A stretch of 64,000 bases of DNA, from NCBI RefSeq assembly GCF_040938485.1, contig NW_027272205.1, forward strand, positions 186,001 to 250,000, in the 5' to 3' direction. Source of the DNA: Diadema antillarum (taxonomy: Eukaryota). This document shows positions 57,901 through 64,000 of this stretch, in pieces. The position numbers were made by a program, and so were the translations under genes. Below the pieces are notes generated by a model. That model was given only the letters and a program-made list of their open reading frames with translations. It did no database searches and had not been told where the DNA came from. Position 1 is the stretch's first letter, and every line of letters starts with the position of its first letter.

Positions 57901-60900
57901 GCCTACCTTGAAATCAAACGAGGGCGCTGCAGTCATCTTGCTGAATGTAAGGCTTCCCAGATGTATCCCATCCTTGGGTTGCATGGGTTTGGGTCATTGA
58001 CAGGATGAATTCTCCATTGCCCGTCGTTTGGGGAGGAAGATTCCAGAATATATCAGAAGAATCTGTACATGGGAGAAAAATATACAATGTAGATCACTGA
58101 AGAGAGATTAAGTAAAAGTTCCTATGATATCAGCAGAATTCTCTGGAAGACAGAAAGTAATAATAATGAGATGAAGTATCAGAAAATCAAAGGTATAAGT
58201 CTTTATTTGTTTACTTTCACTTGGTTTTCAAACTTCTTCTTTAACATCTTTGATCACAGATGGAAACTAACTATTCTCCTAAAAATTTACCTTGTATCAT
58301 CTGAAAATGGCAGTTGCATGTACTTTGTATCAGGCAAAAATCTGCAAAATACACAGTACACTAATGACCAGAAAAGTACATACCAGGGAGGACCGCAACC
58401 GGCGCACGCCCCCCTTTATTTTTTGTTGAAACAAAAGAAATAAAAAGAAAAAAATGGGGAGGGGTGCGTGCGCCCCCCTTTAATTTTGTAAACGTGCCCC
58501 CTCTTTACGGAATTCCTGGATCCGCCCCTGCATACATACATATAGGTAAAATCAAGTGTCTGACATAAAGCAAATAAATCTTATCCACCCCTTACTAGAC
58601 TGTACTAACAGACTGAAATAGACAAGGTTCCAATGACATCATCAAGCCAAAAACTGGGTATGGGGGTCCTCATGCGCGTGGGCAAGCGCATAAGCGTTAC
58701 ATCCCATGTCCCATGATAGGCAGGCGGGTATGCTGTACGTGTACTGCACGCTAGAGCTATGCGCTTAATACACACATGACTTATTTTTACCCCTCAGGCA
58801 CAGGCCCTTGACATCACAGAATCTCGTCTAAAAGAAAAGGAAGATATATATCCAACAATACCTTTCTGCAACACGTGCACAACTTTCTGAAGTGGCAAAA
58901 CTTCCACTTCTTCCACAGACCCAGCTGGCGCCTTCAGCTGTTCAAGCATGTTGAAACCCAGTGTTGCCGGCCCTGGAGTGTTGACAGGGGGTGGGGCTAA
59001 CTTCCCTTCAATGAGGCTGTCCCTGCTAGCCTCGTCCATTAGGAGGCAGTCTCCGCTGGTCGCCATGGCAGCGGCGAGGCTGTCCTGCTTGAACTTCTTT
59101 GCAGCTGCAAGCTGGCCTTGTTTGGTAAAGATTGGAGCTAGTTTGGCAGCAGCTGGGGGGGGGGGAGGAACATACAATCTGTGGTAATTTTGGCATTATT
59201 GAGCAGTGTTAATCTACTTGCAAATAATGTACAATGAGCATAGACTAGTTATGCCACATATCCAAGACCTATGTCTGACACTCAAACATCTTTTAGAAAT
59301 ACTTACATCAGAGGCACATACTTTAAGACATGGTGCATTAACATGCCCCAATTTGACATAGTATGGAAAATATCTTCACACCTTTTAGAAGCAGATTGTT
59401 ATGCTAAGTAGTCAAGTATTTTTACTGTGACTGCCTTCAAATCATTTCCCAAAACTTAGTACTGCTGCTAGACTAACAAGATAACATGAGCTCATAGTGA
59501 ACATGTGTACAGTATTACAGGCATGGTGTCAGCGAGGACTAAAAATCATATGAAGCAAGGCCTTGCAAGATCACAAGACTGAACAGAAGAGTGCGAATTG
59601 CTGGCCAAAATACTCACGTTTACGTGGCGTCTTTGGTTTGTTCCTGGAACTAGACCTTCTCCTGTTGGGCGAGACCTGCTTCTGTGTACTCTCTCCATGC
59701 TCCTTTGTGAATATCTCATTTCTTTTCCTCCCCAGGATCATTTGCTCCCCAGCTTTACCCTTCTGCTTTCCCAGCCCCTGTGTGAGGCCACTTCTACTGT
59801 TGGTGTTGGAAGATGAAGCTGGGAAGCTCTTCGCAAGTGTCTTCTTAGCAGTCCTTGAGAGTTTCTTTGCATTTTGGAGTTTGGTTGCTGTGGCAACCTG
59901 TTGACCCTTCTTTGCTCTTTGCAAAAGCTGCTGTGCCTTGGTTACCTTGGTACTCTTCTACAAGGTATGACAAACATATTAGAAGGATACAAAATTAGGC
60001 TTACATCAGTATCAATTCAGTAGTTAAGATCTGTACACGATAAGACATCAAACAAGACTGTATCTCTCAATCTCCAATATCTGAACAAAAGTTACAATGA
60101 AATGAAAAGACAGATAAAATCCAGTGTGCTAAAACTTAAAGATGGCAGAAGGGCTTTGGCAAGTGAAGGACATATAACAGGGGAAAAGTGAAGAGGCGGA
60201 GTCTTACCTTTGGAGAAGACTTGATGGCTGTCAGTTTCATTTTAAGTGACCCTTCACCTTTACTTCCTGTTAGTATAGAAGCCTTGAACTTTCTGTTGCT
60301 ATTGGTGACAGGATTTTCAACTTTTTTTGCTCCTGGTGCAACAGCTTTTTCCTGCTTGCTGGCACCTTTGGGTTGTTTCTTTTTGCGTGACTTTGAGGGT
60401 ATAGAATCTTCGAATTCTTCCACACTCTTGTTGAGGTCAGCTGTGAGGTTCTTGGCTGCCCTGGCTCTCAGCACTCGTCTGGTTGGTTTGGGAGACTTTG
60501 CACTTGATGTCGCAAGATCTGAAGTACTGCCCTCCTGCATTTCCTTCATTTCCTGCTTGACATGATCAACATTCATTTTGGTCTCAGTCTCTCCCTCCTT
60601 GCTGTCTACAGTATCCTTACTATCGTGCCTTGATGTTGTTTTCTCTTGTATGCTAGATGCACACTTTGAGACTTCTTCACACTTTTGATCTTTCGTTTGC
60701 TCAGCAAGTGCTGGCTTTGTGTCATCAAGACGTTTCACACTGTCTGTGCTTTCTTTTTTACGACCCCCCTTCTCATTTTTGTCCTTCAGTGGGTCTTTGA
60801 CATTTTGCGGGCCCACCTGTTGCACTTCTCCTTTCACAGATTTTGATTCTACTGGAGTCTCTTTTTTCAAACTTGCTGGTTTCTTTTGGAAGATGCTGTA

Positions 60901-62686
60901 AACTGGTCCAACTTTCTTCACCTCCTTCTCCTCCACAAAGATTACCGACAGTTCGGGGTTTGTGTCTGGTACACTAACATTTGACATCAGTCTCCGGGGA
61001 CAGAACCCTCCCTCTTTCGATGAGGCACTTTCTTGATCCTGACTTGGAGACTCACTCTGAGGGGACAACTCTTTGTCCCCTTTGGCCTTGCTGCATCCCT
61101 CGAATGGACTGTGGACCTGGGCTCGGACTGTGATGACCTTACGTGGAGGGGGATCATCCTTGCCTTCTCCATCTTTTCCTGCTTTCTCCTGCCCAGGACT
61201 TGACTTTGGTGGTGTTGAGACTGATTGCTTGGCAGCACTGGGGTCAGCATCTTTGACTCCCTGCGAGCGATGAAAATTTGGAGGAGTCTGTATGACATTG
61301 TCTGGGACCTCCTGGGAATGTGGAGGCAGGCAATCTTGAGAGGCACCCTCTCCTTCTAAAGCGTTCTGGTCGGTGTGTGCTGAGTCCTCAACATCCTTGT
61401 CAACATCTTCCCCAAAAGAATTGAGGAAGTCCATGTAAGACACATGAGTACAGGTTTTAAGCTCACCACCATCTTCCCCCTGATTGGGGACTGTCGCATC
61501 AATGGAATTGGAAAGTTCTTCAGTTACATTTTGATGTTCCTCAGCTGACTGTTTACCCTGAACATCGGGAGCGGCTTCCGTCTGCTGCCCTTGGATTTCA
61601 CCAAAAGCCTCATCCAGCGAGGCAGAGTCCAGGCGAGACTTCCGCTTCCTTCTACTCGGTGGCGCAGGCTCAAAGTCCTCTTCACTTCCATTGCTCGCTC
61701 TGTCTTCTGCCTTCTTGCGTTTTTTCGACCCCTGGCTGGAGACTTCCTTGCTTTGTTTCGTTTCCACCCTCTTCTTCTCCCTCTTGACTGTGCTATCACT
61801 TTGAGAGTCTGCAGTTGAGGATTTCCCATTGTCAGTAGCATTACTGGTAGTAACAGGTAAAATTTCCTTCTGCGTCTTCTTCGAAATTGGGAAATAATTC
61901 CTGAGATCAGATGGCTTGTTTTCTGTCACCACAGGACTGGGCTTAGGCGTCGCCTTGAAGAATGTTGCGATGGAAGGTGTGCTAGTTTTGACATCTGCCT
62001 TCTTCTTACCTTGTCCTGGAGTTTGAATCACCTCCTACCGATGGAGAATGACAAGGAAACACATGAAGAACAATGTTTGTTGACATTACAGCAGGACATA
62101 TATGGAAAATAGGAAGCACGCACTGGGTAGCTTGTAACACTATTTTCTTACTGTCACTTTAACAGTCAGTGAGTGTGGAATATGGTGAAATTGGTAAAAC
62201 TGCATATAAAGTTCAGGAGTTTTATGGTGATATTTCTGGGGGAGGAATGTTCTAATGGCTAATTCACTGACAAAACCATGATTTATGTTATTTTTCCCCT
62301 AAAAGCATAAATACAAGGGAGAGTTGAGAGATGATGACATCATGGCCTCATTCTTTTAATAATCCAAGGTGGTGACATGATTGTGCCCAATATCACTATT
62401 GAAAATCTGTACAAATTTACATACACACACAAAAAAAAAGCAACCATAATTTCCCAAGCAAGTTTATTAAAATTTTCACTGACATGTTCAAATGGTGTGA
62501 ATCTTTTTTAAGTGAATCATTTGAACATACAGTTATGCATCTTTTTACCAATTAGAATGGTGCAACTAATAAGTTCTTGTGATGCAATATGAAAACAAAG
62601 AAGACATAAAAAGGACTCCTGCATCGATCTAGTCTTACGTTTTCAGAGGGTGACTCGCCCTCCTTGTGATTCATCATTCCAATCAT
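42261..62686 (-). CDS. ATAD5: ATPase family AAA domain-containing protein 5 (ELG1 ortholog, PCNA unloader large subunit), about 1851 aa
   Basis: Seventeen GT-AG exons: 62639-62686, 60208-62034, 59618-59957, 58862-59152, 57907-58062, 54155-54314, 53245-53565, 52409-52603, 51464-51639, 50449-50717, 49833-50001, 49100-49193, 48122-48186, 46755-47339, 45883-46499, 45233-45373, 42261-42363. Motifs include WTDKYQP, Walker A LCNTTLLVGPHGVGKT, VFEVNASSRRSGRQIL, Walker B TATSLILFDEVD, TTKRPIVLT, DYLPTLRGLC and terminal RRFFHYL. The total is 5557 nt, one more than a codon multiple, and the excess maps to exon 5. Confidence 0.93.
43021..45114 (+). mobile_element. Miniature non-autonomous Ty3/Gypsy-type LTR element (TRIM-like) with unequal LTRs, in the last ATAD5 intron
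   Basis: 5' LTR 43021-44530, internal part 44531-44677 (147 bp), 3' LTR 44678-45114; TG...CA ends; 4-bp TSD ATAC at 43017-43020 and 45115-45118; PBS and GGTGGGGGA PPT (44665-44673) present. Confidence 0.9.
44532..44549 (+). other. Primer-binding site complementary to tRNA-Trp 3' end
   Basis: TGGTGACCCCGACGTGAT, one nt after the 5' LTR; it is the complement of the recalled metazoan tRNA-Trp end ATCACGTCGGGGTCACCA. Confidence 0.9.
48385..48788. mobile_element. Kolobok-type MITE, copy 1
   Basis: Ends ATCCCT|TTAA at the right and a degenerate TTAA-CGGAAT at the left; internally palindromic; homologous to 51850-52233. Confidence 0.7.
50760..51097. mobile_element. Foldback element with ~150-bp imperfect inverted arms
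   Basis: About 50761-50900 aligns by eye to the reverse complement of about 50945-51096 (shared blocks GGAAGCAA, TTTTGCTTCCAGCCACC, GATGAATCC, ATCAGGTCA, TGTCAGACATGT). Confidence 0.75.
51850..52233. mobile_element. Kolobok-type MITE, copy 2
   Basis: TTAA|AGGGAT ... ATCCCT|TTAA; central palindrome AAAAGGTGGGACCCACCTTTT. Confidence 0.8.
54927..56100. repeat. Degenerate 71-bp minisatellite, roughly 16 units
   Basis: GTC(G/A)GAT(G/A)TTT unit starts at 54927, 54998, 55069 and 55140 (71-nt spacing), continuing with decay to about 56100. Confidence 0.85.
56592..57186. mobile_element. piggyBac-type MITE nested in the Tc1/mariner element
   Basis: TTAA|CCCGTTCCTT ... AAGGAACGGG|TTAA, with TTAA at 56588-56591 and 57187-57190. 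Confidence 0.85.
58384..58530. mobile_element. Short decayed hAT-type MITE
   Basis: Right end CCTGGATCCGCCCCTG, degenerate left end CAGGGAGGACC; no clean TSD. Confidence 0.5.
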
Positions 62687-63084
62687 GAAGAACTGGCAGT
62701 ATGGATTTTCCTTGACATTTGTTGGTTGAAAGGTGCTGTTTGTAACATCTGTGGGCCAAACTAACATGCAAAGATAGAACCATACAATATTCAACATTCA
62801 CTGTGTGTAAGACAGTGTATTCAAATACATACATGGGGCATTAACCATGGGAATTCTGCACTTGTCCTAGGTACTCCACAATTTTACCACAAACTTTATT
62901 CAACCAGTTTTTTCTCTTTTTTTGAACAAAAGTTGTGCTCCTTGTACCCATCCTAATGTAGGAACCACTTTATGTAGTCACACACAAATGTAGCAATTGA
63001 TTGCGACCTGCATCTTTGTATTAAACCTCTGAGAGATCCAACAAAACATGCACAAACAGATTTCAAATTAATAACAACTCATTT

Positions 63085-63752
63085 GTGACCCGCTACAACA
63101 TAAGGATCCGAAAGTTGGGGAAGGACAATTTTCTGAAAATGGCATGACGTTATTCCCTTACTCTTCTACTTTGATTTCATATATAGCACGACTCATAAAA
63201 GTACTCGGTTGCGGAGATATCGATCATTTTCTTCATAGCGCATGTCAAGTAGTTGAGGAAATCGAAGTTTCGAGAAAAACGCCTTCAAAGTTTTCCTTCC
63301 GTCGCTATCATGATCAGGGGAGGCGAGACAGTTTTCACCGCTTGACAATATAGAAAGCATGCTCCTAGCGACCTCCGCGATGTTCATTCAAGCTTAGCGC
63401 CAGCAGTCTATGCACGACCAATCAGTAATCAGGATGCCACGCACTGACCAATAAGACCACTCCCTCGTTGCTAGGGGCGGAGTCTAGCTGCGGCGCTAAA
63501 TCCAAATCTTCGGACACGATTCTGTTACGTTGAAAATCAGAATATCATGGCCCAGAAAAACGCTGACTTCTTGCTTTTCCTTTGATCATTTAGCTTCGAA
63601 ATTTCGGCAGATGATAGACAAAACATTAGACTACAAAATAATGCCACAAACAGAAATCTGATTGTTTTGACCAATTTTGACGATGTGACTTCAAACTCGA
63701 TTTTCTCACGGCAGCCGTCAGCGACTTTAGGATCCTTTTGTTAGTGGGTCAC
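63085..63752. mobile_element. 668-bp MITE with ATTT target duplication (Sola1-like by TSD pattern)
   Basis: Imperfect ~30-bp TIRs GTGACCCGCTACAACATAAGGATCCGAAAGT and ACTTTAGGATCCTTTTGTTAGTGGGTCAC; ATTT at 63081-63084 and 63753-63756. Confidence 0.7.
63418..63483. promoter_or_regulatory. Two CCAAT boxes and a GC box inside the MITE upstream of ATAD5
   Basis: CCAAT at 63418-63422 and 63448-63452 (30 nt apart); GGGGCGGAGT at 63474-63483. Function is unproven. Confidence 0.4.
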
Positions 63753-64000
63753 ATTTTTTTTTGGGGGGGGGGGGGGAAGGGAGCAATTCTAAATTAATGT
63801 CGTATTTAAGTTTTACTGTGCTCCTTATCAAATTAAAATTGGCTGCTTGTGCTGTTTGATCTCTATTCCTTCTAAACCAAAATGGAAATTAATTTGTCTT
63901 CCAGCAAGTAATTCATACAAATTATATGTACATAGTTAACATACATGTATGTTCAACGTTCAAAAAAAAAAAAGACAACTTCTTTTGTTACAATGGCACT

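Overview
Intron-rich animal genomic DNA, probably a marine invertebrate deuterostome such as an echinoderm (inference from gene content and repeat style). There are three host genes: the first two coding exons of a CDR2/CDR2L-like dynein adaptor (minus strand), a complete 4-exon TPM-domain (MOLO-1-like) membrane protein gene (plus), and a 17-coding-exon ATAD5 (minus) with an apparent 1-nt frameshift in exon 5. CDR2 intron 1 holds an intact, apparently very recent BEL/Pao LTR retrotransposon (7300-16620; 1596-bp LTRs, TAGTG target duplication) with no tRNA primer-binding site. The most striking observation concerns this element. Its LTR appears to contain a 1092-nt GT-AG intron, and the predicted splice junction (TTCG|ATTATTAT) is the exact 12-nt complement of the sequence directly after the 5' LTR. 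This suggests tRNA-independent, possibly splicing-created self-priming of reverse transcription, which is a hypothesis rather than a demonstrated mechanism. The window also contains a miniature Ty3/Gypsy-type LTR element with a tRNA-Trp PBS and unequal LTRs, nested DNA transposons carrying tandem arrays, many MITEs and a tRNA-derived SINE. All alignments were done by eye, and family assignments and human comparisons rest on recalled sequences, not database searches.
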